A DNA stretch of 64,000 nucleotides from Negaprion brevirostris (Eukaryota), in assembly GCA_030324005.1 (NCBI GenBank), contig JARDVH010000146.1, forward strand, positions 27,769,699 through 27,833,698, read 5' to 3'. The translations under genes were made by a program, and so were the position numbers. A model generated the notes under the pieces. That model ran no database searches. It saw nothing but the letters and a program-made list of their open reading frames with translations, and was not told the DNA's origin. Each line of letters begins with the position of its first letter. Position 1 is the first letter of the stretch. Positions 23,053 through 36,440 of this stretch are shown in pieces.

Positions 23053-24960
23053 GGAAGAGAACACTGAAAATAGAAGTTGATACGGGGCGGTGATGATCTT
23101 GACACTTGAATCAGTGTATGGAATGAGTTAAAAGCCCTGCTGTTAAAGTCTGCCAAGATCATATTACCAACACCTACAGCAAGTGGTTCCCCTCCTGGAT
23201 TATGTACTGGCACAGGTACAATTGAAGGACCAATGTGCAGAATTATCACTATATGTCGTAAAAGGCAACTACCCTGCATTATTCAGATACTCCTGAATTG
23301 GGGCATAGTTAATAGGTTAGCAGACTTGATCATGAGGTTCCAAGACATTTTGGAAAATTTAAACGTTTTTTTCAAGGAACCCTTGGAGAGATGAAGGGTG
23401 TCTAGGTTAAATTATGGCTGAAGCCGGGTGCTTGTTCAAAAAGTTTAAAGGCACTGTCCAGTACCATACCCCATTAGGCATAAGTTGGACGCTGAATTGG
23501 AATGCCTTGTGGATCTGGTGCATTGGAACCAGTGACTACTGGTGAATAGGCCACTCCAATTGTTCCAGTTTTGAAATCAGATGGATTGGTGAGAATTTGT
23601 GGGGTTTTAGAGTGACAGTAAATTCAGGACTATGTGCCGACAAATGCCTTCTTTCTCTCATTGAGGATCTTTTCAGTATCCTGGTAGGAGGAAAGAAATT
23701 CTCCAAAATTGACCTATTACAGGCCTATTTGTAGATGGTAGTAGTGAAAGATTCATAGCCTTTTGGCATTACATCCTTTAGGCATTACGTCAGCTCCAGC
23801 TCTTTTTCAGGGGTCCATTGTCCAAATCTTGAGTGTGTTGACAGGAGTCCAGTGTCACCAGGACGATATTTTGGTCATGGGTTCGAAAGAGGGGGAACAT
23901 TTAAAGAACCTGGAGGAAACATTAAAGAGGTTGCCGGAGCATGGAGCACGGAGTCAAGAGAGAAAAGTGAGTTCTTTAAGGATTCAGTGGAATACTTGGG
24001 CTATGTAATTGATGGTAATGGGCTACACAGGGCATCTAAGAAGGTGGAGGCCATCAGGAAGGCCCCAAGACCAGACAATGTTTCCCAATTGAGGTAGTTT
24101 CTGGGACTTATTCATTATTATGGCAGATTTGTTCCAGATCTGGTGACAGTGTTAAAACCGATGCATTGGTGGCTGGAAAAGCACTGCCTGTGCTTTACAT
24201 GCTCTGTCTGAGGCCAGAACTCTCCATTCACCTGACGAAGAGGGTGACCCCTCGAAATCTTGTGGGTTTATTATCAAATAAATTGGTTGGACTAAAACCT
24301 GGTGTTTTGGCTGGAAAAACGGCAGCCATGGAAGTGGACCTAAGAATGAAAAGAGGCCTACCACATGGTAAAACAGGCTTTGAAGAGGTCAAAAGTGCTA
24401 ATTCATTTCAACCCAAAGTTTCTGCTGCAGCTTGCATCTGATGTCTTGCCCTACGGGGTTGGGGCTGTCCTATCACACATGATGCAGAATGGAGAGAAAA
24501 GGTCCATTGTACTTGCATCAAGATTGTTGACAAAGGCTGAGGAAAAGTATGCTTAGATAGAAAAAGAAGGCTTGGGCATCGTCTTTGGTGTCAAGGAGTT
24601 TTATCACTTCCTATACGGCAGGCATTTTATTCTTCTGACAGGCCGTAGGCTTTTGACATCCATCTTAGGGCCGTACACAGGAATACCATTGATGGTGGCA
24701 GCTTAAGCAAAGGTGGGCATTGATGCTGTCAGCCTACTCATATAAAATCCAATACCATTGCCAGTCTGAGGAACACGGCAGCGTGGATGCTTTATCAAGG
24801 TTGCCTTTGCTCAGGGATAAAGGCTCCAGCTGGAATCTGAAGATAATGTATTTTATGCAAGAAGATAAAGATGCGAATGGAACACCACTCGGAACAATCT
24901 AATTATAAGTCAAGTGGTGGACCTCGTCCTGAGCAGGAGGGCAAATAATAGGAATCACTT
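23053..24960 (+). mobile_element. Decayed Ty3/Gypsy pol (protease-RT-RNase H; integrase absent)
   Basis: EVDTG protease motif; ATPIVPVLKSDG..RICG; FSKIDL.QAY; GITSAPALFQ; QDDILVMG; VEYLGYVIDG; LQLASDVLPYGVGAVLSH; DALSRLP. Many stops. Confidence 0.9.
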
Positions 24961-25489
24961 GTGTCTCTGGTTATATATGGTCATGTTGGCCTAGACCAGC
25001 TTCCATTGAGAAGAATATTCAGAAGAACAAATTGCTTTCTATAAAAAGAATTTACAACATGGAAGAATTACAACTATGAAGAAGAGAATGTCCAGAGATA
25101 GGATGAAAAGCTCCAGATAAACATCTTTTCCATGCAGGGTGAGTCACATCAATTCTGGATGATTCCAAAATTAGGCGGACAACATATTAGAATCATAGGA
25201 TGCCTACATTCCAGAAGGAGGCCATTTGGCGCATCGAGCCTGCACCGACCACAAACCCACCCAGACCCTATCCCCAACCCCCGTAGCCGATCACCACTCT
25301 TGCAGAGTTCCCACCTCATCGATCACCACTGGTCTGGTCTGCAGTGATTCTCCCTGACCCACCCCGACCGATCACTATCCTGCAGAAAGCCTTCTTGCCT
25401 CCGCACCTTGCAGAACTCCTCCCCTTACCTGCCCCATCACTGCCCCACCCCCACTCAGGCTCCACCCCCACAACGGGCAGGATGAGGCC

Positions 25490-28400
25490 ATAAGATGTGA
25501 CTTTTGTGTCTGAATGCATGAAGCATTCGGAACAAAATTAATGAATTCACAGCGCAAGTAGCAACAAAGGGTTATGATTTGGTGGTGATTACTGAGACAT
25601 GGTTACAAGGGGATCAGGTTTGGGAATTGAATATCCAGGGGTAATCAGAATTTCAGGAGGATAGACAGAAAGGAAAAAGAGAGTGTGAAGTTTTGTTAAT
25701 GAAGGAAGGGATCAGTGTTGTAGTGAGAAATGATATAAACACTGGAGATCACAATATGAGATCAGTCTGGGGAGAAATAAGAAATAACAAAGGAAAGGAG
25801 ACTGTTGTGGGAGTAATCTATGGGTCCCCAAATATTAATTCCATAGTGAGGCATAGTATAAACCAATAAATATTGGGGCTTATAAGAAAGGTATGACAAT
25901 AATCATGGATGATTTTAATATGTACATAGACTAGGCTAATCAAATTGGCAAGGGCAGCCTTGAGAGAGAGTTCATTGAATGTGTTAGAGATTGTTTCTTG
26001 GTTTAATATGTTGTGAGATCAGAGAACAGACTGGATTTGGTATTGTGTAACGAGGAGGAATTAATTCATGATAGTTAATGATCCTCTAGGGAAGAATGAT
26101 CATAACATGATATAATTCACAATTCAGTTTGAGGTCAAGAAACTGGAGTCCCACACTCACATTCTAGAGTTAAACAGAGATAATTATGTAGGCATGAGGA
26201 CAGACTTGGCCCTAATGGACTGAGCAGGAAAGCTAAGACAGTTGACGAACAGTGGTAGTTGTTTAAGGAGATATTCAAATCCTCCCAATTAATATATATT
26301 CCAGAGAGGAAGAAAGATTGTAAATGGGGAAAAAAAACATCCATGGGGCTAAGGAAGGAAGTCAAAGACAACATAAAGAAAAACACTAAGGCATACCGTG
26401 GTGCAAGGGCCAGTGGCAGGTTGGAAGTGTGGGAAACTTTGAAAGATCAACAACAGATTACTAAAAAGACTCACAAAAAGAGCAAAGGTAAATTATGAAA
26501 GAAAACAAACACAAAATATAAAAATAGATATAATTTCTATAGGTATATAAAAAGTAAGAGAGTAGCTAAAGTGAATGTTTGTCCTTTGAAAGATGAGACC
26601 AGGGAGTTAATAGAGGGAAACACAGAAACAGTGGAGACGGTACTTCAATATTTTGCTTCAGCTTTCATGTTGGAGGACACTAGAACCATTCCAAAAGTCA
26701 TAGGTAATGCAGAGGGAATAGAAAGAGAGGACCTTTGAATAATCATCATCATTAAGGAAATAGTATTCAACAAACTAGTGGGATTGAAGGTGGACAAGTC
26801 CCCGGGACCTGATTGCCCACATCCTTGGGTGTTAGACGTGGCAGCAGAGATTGTGGGTCCATTGGTTATAATATTCCAAAACACTCTGGATGCGGGAAAG
26901 GTTCCCATGGTTGGAAAAATGCTAATCTAATGGCCTTGTTCAAAAAAGGAGGGAAGCAGAAAGTAGGAAACTATAGACTGGTTAGTTTAACATGTATTGT
27001 TGTGAAATTGTTAGAATCCATTGTTAAGAAACTAATAACAGTACATTTGGAAAGTCAAAATGCAATCTGTCAGATTCAGCATGGTTTTATGAAGGGCAAA
27101 CCATATTTGACTAATTTACTAGAGTTCTTTGAAGATGTAATAAGCTAAGCCAAGGGGTGAATGGGGCAGGGGCCTGCTGTCACTCTGCGGTCTGAGATTG
27201 GTGGGGGAAGGGAGGGAGATGGGCCCACTACCACTCTGTGATTCACGATTGGTGGGAGGAGAAGAGGGGTCTCATTGCCACTCTGCGGTCCATGATTGGT
27301 TGGGAGGAAGGGCAGCAGGTCCACGATCTATGGGGAAAGGAGGGCATCCGCGATCGGCCTAGGTGGCAGGGGTGGAGTTGGCGGGTGCTATATCTCAGAC
27401 CCCTGCAATTGCAGGGGGAGGGAACTGCTTCAGGCTGCCTGCACTAGCAGGGCCTGACACATCTGTTTTCTGTCAGACCCCTGCTACTGCTAATGTGCAC
27501 GTCAGCATCAGAGGCCTGCACACGCGCACTACCTCCTTCTGCAGGCTTTCGGGTGTGTAAAACCACGCCCATCAGCTTCTGCAGCACGAGTCTGATACAC
27601 TCAAAATTTTGCAGGCAGAGTGGGTATGAGGGAGACTAAAAATGGTCCTAAAAGTCAGGTCCCAAACACTCCCAGTTTCAAGTCTGCCCAGCACTTACAA
27701 TGAAAATGATAAAATTGTCCCCAGACAGTCGGAATAAATGGATCTTTTTCTGGCTGGCAAAATATAATGCATAGAGATCACAGGTCCCTGGGCCTCAACT
27801 ATTTATAATCAATGCTAATGACTTAGATATAGGGATAGAATGGATTATAGCCAAATTTGCAGATGACACTGAAATAGTTGGGATAGTAAGTTCCAATGAG
27901 GAAATGAAAAATGTAGAAATGGATGTGGATACATTAGGTGTGGCAGATGGGGTTTAACGTGGGTAAGTGTGAGGTTATGCATTTTGGTCAGAAAAATGGA
28001 AAGACAACTTACTATCTGAATGGGGAGACTTCAAAATGCTTTGGTGCAGAAGGATCCGAGTGGCCTTATGCAAGAGTCACAGAAAACCGGTATGCAGGTA
28101 CAGCAGATAACAAGGAAAGCAAGTGGAATCTTGGTACTTATAGCTAATAGAATATAAAGGTAAGGAAGTGTTGCTGCAACTATACACGGCATTGGTGAGG
28201 CTGCATCTGGAGTACCGTGTACAGTTTTGGTCCCCTTATTTGACAAAGGATGTCATGTCATTGGAGGAAGTTCAGAAGAGGTTCACTAGATTGATTCCAA
28301 AGATAAGGGGTTTGTCATATGAAGAGAGATTAAACTGTTTGGATGTATAGTTTCTAGAGTTTAGCAGAATGAGAAGAGATCTATTTGATGCATATAATTT

Positions 28401-28760
28401 GATAAAAAGTATTGACCAAGTAGGCGTGGAGCGGATGCTTTCTCTTATGGGGCAATCTAGAACAAAAAGTCATAGTTTTAGGAAAAGGGGAGCAGGTTTA
28501 AAACTGAGATGAGGAGAAACGATTTCTTTCAAAGGGCAGTAAATCTGTGGAATTCACTACCCCAGAGTGTGGTGGATGTTGGGACATTGAGTAAAGTTAA
28601 GAAGGAAACAGACAGATTTTTAATTAGTAATGGGTTGAAGGACAATGGAGAACAGGTAGGAAAGTGGACTTGAATCTGAGGCAAGATCAGCTATGATTGT
28701 ATTGAATGGCAGTGCAGGTTTGAGGGCTGAATTGCCCTCTCCTGCTCTGAGTTCTAATAC
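25490..28760 (+). mobile_element. CR1 (HER1-like) LINE ORF2, decayed, with 3' end
   Basis: Endonuclease VVITETWL..WELNIQG and DFN; RT WKNANLMALFKKG..NYRLVSLT, QHGFMKGK, KFADDT, LYTALVRLHLEYRVQFWSPY; CR1 3'UTR. Confidence 0.92.
27148..27722. mobile_element. Insertion in the CR1 RT (non-autonomous DNA transposon half)
   Basis: GC-rich, with repeated CACTCTGYG..GATTGGT.GG units; ends GATAAAATTGTCCCC (TIR-like). Confidence 0.55.
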
Positions 28761-30019
28761 TCTGAAGGTAGACTTTCATCTGTTCCCTGATTTCCTGGAA
28801 CAGGTCACTAGTCTGTTGCCAGAGTTTATAGTTAAGCCGGGGGGCCACTCCACATCAAGCATGGCTGACCAGCAATCTCGCCCACTCTTCCTGTCTGCTA
28901 GGCCTTTTGATACACAGTCTGTTTGGCTGTGTTATGAATGCACCTTCCTTGGCCATCAAGTCTTAGAGTGGGGCTTGAACCGAGGTCTGCTGACTCAAAG
29001 GCAGGGATTCTACCCACTGCGCCGTAAGATCTTAATTACTTTAGTGGATTATAAAATTGGACCTTATTTCTTTGCGACTAGGGAGGCAGAAAGACTTCTG
29101 GGAGTCTGCGTAGAGGAAACGTGACTGTCTCTTTTAAATTGGCAAGCATTAATAGGTGGGGCTGTGCATTATTCAGTCCTTACAGTTATGCATTCACAAT
29201 TCTCTGTAGATGTGTCCATATGACTTGTGTAATGAAGTGCATATGTCTGTATAATTAAACACAAAATGAATGATACATGTTCAGTTACATCAAGTAAAGC
29301 AAAATGCTTGCAAAGATACATTACATATCTTTCTCCACAATGTTTAAAGAAGTGCATTGAGTGACAAATGTTTGGCATCTTACTCCCAATTTCAGGCTCT
29401 GTCAAAATTCCTTCTTGTTATTTTGCCTTGTGGTTTCCCCGACTCCTGTGTAGATCGTTGCTCCTGCATTACCTGGGATAATAGCTGATTGTATGAAACA
29501 ATGCAATTGGTGTTATTTTAAACCTGTGAACATTCTGTAAATACTTTTCGACAACCTGCTGTGATATTCAATAAGATCACCAACATAATTTCCTTACAAT
29601 CATTTTGTTTCTTCTCAGTGAAACTGACATACCATATTTTGTCAATAAATAAAAAAAAGTTTACATTTATCCATTCAGGAAAGCAGATTTGTTCGACTTG
29701 TATAAAAGAATCAGAAATTTGTTGCTTAACAAACCTTCAATACAAATCTATGATGTGGTAGTCTGCCATTTTATGAAGTGCAATGGTTGACCTTTTGTAC
29801 AATGCACAAATTGAGGTGACGTAAGGTTATTGGAATAAGACGAGTGATCATTTTGATTGTGGTATCACTGATTATGTAACAGAATTGACTACTTTGACAA
29901 AGAAACAAACTTGCAGCACTGTATTAACTAATAAGAGGTGTAAATGGCAAGTCCATGCAGTAGCTGATTTATAAACTGCCCTATCTTCCTATCCCACTGT
30001 GGTGAGTTAGCAATTACGT

Positions 30020-30310
30020 ACAGTGGCACAGTGGTTAGCAGTGCTGCCTCACAACGCCAGGGACCTGGGTTTGATTCCTGGCTTGGGTCACTGTCTGTAC
30101 GGAGTCTGCACATTCTCCCTGTGTCTGTGTGGGTTTCCTCCGGTTTCCTCCCACAGTCTGAAAGATGTGCTGGTTAGGTGCATTGGCCTTGCTTAATTTT
30201 TCCCTCAGAGTACCCGAACAGGCACTGGAATGTGGCGACTAGGGGATTTTCACAGTAACTTCATTGCAGCGCTAATGTAAGCCTACTTGTGACACTAATA
30301 AATAAACTTT
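30020..30310 (+). mobile_element. V-SINE tail B
   Basis: Full head, V-domain and tail B. Confidence 0.9.
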
Positions 30311-30323
30311 AAAAAAAGAAATC

Positions 30324-31027
30324 CATGGCCAGTATTTTACCATGCCCCTGCCTGGTGTGTTTTGGGCATGTGAAATTGGGTGGGTGCCTAACCCACTGGC
30401 TTCCTGCCCACCCCGGAGTCCACCCCCATAATTTGGGGATTGGGTGAGCAGCCTGCCATAAACTTAAAATCAGTAATGACTGGTCAATTAGACTTGTTAT
30501 CAAGCCAATTGATACTAATTATACTCTGCCCATGACTTAAAAATTTGATATGGGCAGTCAGGCCTGAACATGCAGCCGAGTTCTTCAAAGGGCAGGAAGG
30601 AAAGTGACATTCGTTCTTTGGGGCTTCCCTTTACCAATCATGGGATAACCCTCCCTGCCCCCCTCAGATTAAGTCCTCCTTCCTTCTTCTCTATCCTCAG
30701 CCTCAAACCCACACACATCCACCCTTCCCCTGCCCACCAACTCTCTCCCTGACCTATCTAAACCCTCCTTGCCCAGGACCCCAGACTTACCTGCTCTCAG
30801 AATCTGTGGGCCTCCTTTCTTCTTCTCCTCCAGTCCTGGCAGTGGCTAGTGACGCACTCTTGGTGTTGCCACAACTAATAATCTGATTGGCTGGTGAAGG
30901 GTGGAGGTCCCACCTGGCCCTGGTTTAACTGCTCCACAACACGTTATGGCTGCGGGACAGGTCAGTGTGGAACATGCAGTGAGCTGTCCATCTGTGACCA
31001 CCCTTCCACCATACTATTCAGTCCATA
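30324..31027. mobile_element. Probable Harbinger-type non-autonomous element
   Basis: ATGGCCAGTATTTTACC...ATACTATTCAGTCCAT imperfect inverted ends enclosing a GC-rich body. Confidence 0.4.
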
Positions 31028-31229
31028 GACTTTAATTTGCTGCTTGATGTTGTTGGAGCAATGTGAAAACTGTCAGGATTGTAACGCTATAAATCCAAAA
31101 CAGCAAAATTGACTTTCAACTCAGATTCTGTTTTTATTTTCATTTCAATCTAATTCACAGGGAGTTCGAAGCCTGTAGCAATACTCCCACTCGAAAGTCA
31201 CCACCTCAAATCCATTTTTGGGCGAATAT

Positions 31230-31460
31230 TGAGGATATGCAACAAGTTGTGATCTGGAATGTAGCAAATGAAATGGCAGTGGAAGCAGATACAATTCTAA
31301 TTTTTCAACAGAGAATTAGATACACACATCAAAAAGCATAATTTGCGGGTTGACAGTGGTGGGAGAGGGAAGTGTGACTATTTGGATAACACTTTCAAAG
31401 AGCTGGCATAAGCATGACAGGCTGAATGGCCTTCTGTTCCTCATGATACTTTAATTCTAT
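31230..31460 (+). mobile_element. Old CR1 3' end
   Basis: ATCTGGAAT..GTGGAAGCAGATACAAT..GGCTGAATGGCCTTCTG. Confidence 0.65.
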
Positions 31461-33390
31461 GACATGTCTATTGCCAAGTGATTATGATACCTGCTGTAAT
31501 GAGTGGGATTTTGCAGCCTCGCTCGGGCGAGACCGGAAATCCATGCCTTACATCAANNNNNNNNNNATGGAGATTTCCGTTGTTGGACCCTTGCCGGCTC
31601 CGCTTCTGGGTGGGTGGGGGGTACAGTTCCGGGGAATATGTTTGTAGTGAGCTGGTATTTTTAACTGGCTTCATTTGCAACAAAAGTAATTAAGCTGAAA
31701 TGTGGACTGAACCCTTGGTTATGTGAAATTTACAATTTGTGAAGAATGCAATTAAAAGAAATGTTAAGTATTAATATGAAAAGATTGACATTTAAATTAT
31801 ATGGAAGTAACAGTTATTTTATATGCTAATCTGTTAGGTTGACTGCAGTTAAGTAATTGTTCAGATGTCATAGGTGCTATAATTGGGGAACATGAAAGTT
31901 CTCCAACACTGAAGTGTTAATTTTATTTTAAGTGCTCCACAGCCTTTCTCTTTTTACTTTATTGTCTGCTGAAGCACACAGCCATCTGCTGCACACAGGA
32001 GCGAGGAGGATTAGAGTTTAGTCATGGGAGGGAATTTTGTATGTCAGATTTTTCATGGTTAAAAAACGTTGGGGCAGCAACATCACAACGTCATACATCA
32101 GAGCTGGACATGCAGAAATCATTAATAACGCGGCAGGAGTTCCTAATGAGATTTCTGATACCGTGGATGGCCTGGAGAAATGCGAAGGAGAATAACATGA
32201 AACTCCTGAGGAGGGTTTTGAGAAGCAACAGTCCACATGAAAAAAAGTGCAGTTAACCTCAGCGTAATAACAGCATCAGCCAGAGGAAGATAAGAGGGGT
32301 CATTCTTAGAAGATGGCTTGAAGAGAATGTCTTGGAAGATGGCGCCCAGAGATCAAACCAGGTGCTTGGGACAAATTGGTTATTTACCATATTTAACCCA
32401 TGCGCTGTGGAAGAAAGTGTAGTTCTCCACCTGATCGTAGCCTGGGGGGCAAATGTCTATCGGGAGGGTAAAAAAAAAAGAATTGGATTACCCTCCTTCA
32501 CTCGTGAACAAATGATTAAACCTTCAGATTTCAGGGGTAAAATCCGTTGATTTTGACGATAACATGATGCATTTTGTGCTGTACTGCATGCTGTCACTTT
32601 GTTTGGTAGAGGGACCATTTCATCTCATCCTTGGACTGATGGAATTGACATCACATTCAGTCACCTGCTCACTAAGGATGGTGTGGTTTTGAGGATGCAG
32701 CTAAAGATATATATAAACTTTTTAATATATGTTGAGAAAAAACTTGCAGCTTGTTATCTAATTAATATATTTAATTTGTACCTTAAAAGAGCTTTCACTA
32801 ATTAATCTCAACGGTGTTGGATATTGAATACTTTTTGTTCANNNNNNNNNNNNNNNNNNNNNNNNNNNNNNNNNNNNNNNNNNNNNNNNNNNNNNNNNNN
32901 NNNNNNNNNNNNNNNNNNNNNNNNNNNNNNNNNNNNNNNNNNNNNNNNNNNNNNNNNNNNNNNNNNNNNNNNNNNNNNNNNNNNNNNNNNNNNNNNNNNN
33001 NNNNNNNNNNNNNNNNNNNNNNNNNNNNNNNNNNNNNNNNNNNNNNNNNNNNNNNNNNNNNNNNNNNNNNNNNNNNNNNNNNNNNNNNNNNNNNNNNNNN
33101 NNNNNNNNNNNNNNNNNNNNNNNNNNNNNNNNNNNNNNNNNNNNNNNNNNNNNNNNNNNNNNNNNNNNNNNNNNNNNNNNNNNNNNNNNNNNNNNNNNNN
33201 NNNNNNNNNNNNNNNNNNNNNNNNNNNNNNNNNNNNNNNNNNNNNNNNNNNNNNNNNNNNNNNNNNNNNNNNNNNNNNNNNNNNNNNNNNNNNNNNNNNN
33301 NNNNNNNNNNNNNNNNNNNNNNNNNNNNNNNNNNNNNNNNNNNNNNNNNNNNNNNNNNNNNNNNNNNNNNNNNNNNNNNNNNNNNNNNNN

Positions 33391-33520
33391 GGTGCTCCGG
33401 TGTCCTCCCACGGTCTGAAAGACATACTGGTTAGATGCATTGACCCAAACAGGCACTGGAGTGTGGCAACTCAGGGAATTTCACAGTAACTTCATTGCAG
33501 GGTTAATGTAAGCCTTACTT
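33391..33520 (+). mobile_element. V-SINE tail B (5' part in gap)
   Basis: V-domain end plus tail B. Confidence 0.8.
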
Positions 33521-36129
33521 TACTCTTTTTTCCCTTTTTAGTAAGCCGCACAAGCCACTCAGTTTAAGGGCAGTTAGGAAGAGGTTATAAATGCTGTTCT
33601 AGCCAAGAAAGCTCACATCCAATGAATATTAAAAAAAAAATTCAAGCTCAGTAGGTTCCCAATCTGCCAGAGTAAATGGAATATATCTGAAAGTTCTCAT
33701 TATGGCAACTGATGTTTCCATTGGCTCTGTTCCCACCTCAGAACTTTTGCAGGGGGTGGTAGTCCTGATTCCAGCCCATTCTCACCACAAAAATACCATG
33801 GGCAGGCACTGCCAGGCAGGTGGGATCACGCCCCTTGGTGAGGAATGTGCTTGTGATTTTCACCTCAAAGGGAGAGTCCGGCCTATATTTTTCGGAAAAG
33901 ACTATGGAAATATTTCTGATTGATGTTTGCAATAATCTGTCAGGGAGCATGGGAAAGGAACGATATTGGCGTGGTTCAAACTAAATGTTGGAAGGAGGGG
34001 CCTTCAGAGAGGTGAACTCATCTCTCCTTTTGCGTTTTTCCTCTTTCATTTCATTTATGATTNNNNNNNNNNNNNNNNNNNNNNNNNNNNNNNNNNNNNN
34101 NNNNNNNNNATGAACCTTCAAAAATCCAACGTCAACTAAAATGTCATAACTTGTTTGAAATTTTACTTTGAAAATGCGGCCAGTTTGATGAGAGATGAGG
34201 AATTGCAGGTAGAGAGGGGACAAGAACCTTTTCAAAGTAGAGTGAAGAGGTTTCTATGGGGCTGGGGTTGGTACTGGGTGGCGGCATGGGTGCAAGGGGG
34301 TGGGAGGGGTGATTTTAACCTGATCAGTGTGAAGCTGATAGGATTGGGTAGAAGCTGGTACTTCACCCTGTCCAATATTGGCTTGCATTGGTTTCACTAT
34401 AGAGTAAAATTGGGCTGAGTGAGCCCGTACATTCCCAGAATGGTGGGTTAGGATAAAATTGCCCACTAGACTCTAGTTAAATGCATCAATGCTATTGTCT
34501 GCCCCTGCAGTTGGAGAGGGCCAGGGATGGGTTAGGGACACAGGTGCCCACCAGTCACACAAAGGCAAGGAAACCTCTTCCCGCCCTCAGATACTTTGAT
34601 GAGGTCATGAGTGGAGATTTCAGGGCGGTTTCTGGACAATCTGGCTAACTTTCTCACTGGTTTCCAGGTCTAGACTAAGCTGTCAATGGGACACAAGAAT
34701 ATCTGAGTGCAATTCCTTTTCATTTCTTTCTTTTCCTTTTCATTTCTTTCCCAAACACAGATTGGGAGTCAATTACGCTTCTCAAAAAACAAGTTCAAGG
34801 TGCTGAGTGGTACATGTTTGTGTTGCCGTGTGATAACTACAGTCTAAAACCCTGTGGGTAGATACACATCAAAAGTCTGCTTCAAGGGAAAGAACCTTGT
34901 AATGTAAGTAATGAATGAAGCCTTTACCCTGTGATTATAAATGGGATTGCGCTGTTCACTTGTTGAATACTAAACCACGGCCTAGTGTAAAATAGATTTT
35001 GAGTGATATGTAATACTATTAAATGCATTCTAAGTGACCTACATTCAACACACAATAAATCAAGCATGTAATTAGTGCATCAAATATCCTGAATGTTTTT
35101 ATTTAAATAATTTGAAGTCTAGAAAACCAGCCTAACAAGTGTAACAGGAAGAAGATGGTAATTTAATGTAATCCTTTAGGCTTTTCTGACAAGACACCTC
35201 TAAAGATGATAATTGCCTTTCCTCTACAGAGATTGCAACACAAATCCAATTTGGGGACAACTGCTGATGATTTATTGTGTTAAGCAAAACAAAATGTTGG
35301 TTTTCTCCAATTTTCTCCTAATAAGAATCAAGAACAGAAAAGCATCCTTAGTCAGCAATTAAAGGTTGACAATTCTCTGTAGGAAGCAATAGCTTTTATT
35401 AAAAAATAGCTTTCAACAGCTTTTGCGTTAGTCTGTTTTGATGCTGCTTTTTGTTAAAATCCCCCGGGTGGATCTGCGAACCAAAGGAGCCACATTTATG
35501 GAATGGTCTCCAAATGAAGACATTGACCAAGTAAGATTTCACATTTTGTAACATTTACATTGCCATGAATCAGAATCAACGTGAACTAAACATGAATAAA
35601 CAGGTACAGTCAGTACTAGCTCGTAAAAACAGATGCAACAAAGACTACCTTATGGAGGTAGCAGGCAGCCCATTCCACCTGTGTGGTCCCTCTTTCAGCC
35701 ACATTGCTCTTCCAAGCAGAATTCCAGCCCTTTTCCTTCAAGGACTTAATAATTCTTTGCAGGGAACAGCATCTATGTTAACAGGGTTCTGCCCATGACA
35801 TCTTCCAAATGATGGCACATTTTCTTTCCCCTAGAACCTTCTTAACTCTCAGCTTCTCTCTCCTCTTATTCGCTCTGTCTTTGTGTCCAACACCTAAGGT
35901 CTCTGTATTTTAACTTCCCTCTTCTGGGTCAAACCAATCAACTGTTGAAGAGTACACATGCCCAGCAGTAGCTCCAGTTTGAGGTGAAGGTGCAGTTTAT
36001 AGTGTCCTGTCGAAGTGACAGGAAGTTGGACAGGAACAGCAGTAGATATGACGGGGTCAGTTGTTGAACCATTTCACCCAATGGCACATGAACAAACTGG
36101 CCACCAGAATCCCATTGAACCTTAGTGGT

Positions 36130-36440
36130 TAACCAGCATTACTGATTGTTCCATGAGGGTGGCCCATGCCCTGCTCACTCTCACCTCCAACAATGTGAGA
36201 GAAGCTGATGAATTTCTTTGGCTCTAATATTGAAGACATCTGTCCAGCCACCTTTCCACCTTACTCCACTTTCCGTGGCCAACAACGCAAACCACTTTGT
36301 CAAAATCTTGCCTTGCCCGAGCACTGCTCCCGTAGTTCTTTCTAGTTTCTCCAATCTCTCTCTTTATGTCCTCTGCAAGCTTCCACAGGTCTGTGAGACC
36401 TACTTCCTGCTCCCACGACCCATTTCTCACTAATATATCC
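36130..36440 (+). mobile_element. L2 LINE ORF2 fragment
   Basis: TSNN..EKLMNFFGSNIEDI..SSFS..VRPTSCSHDP, a typical L2 pre-RT region. Confidence 0.6.
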
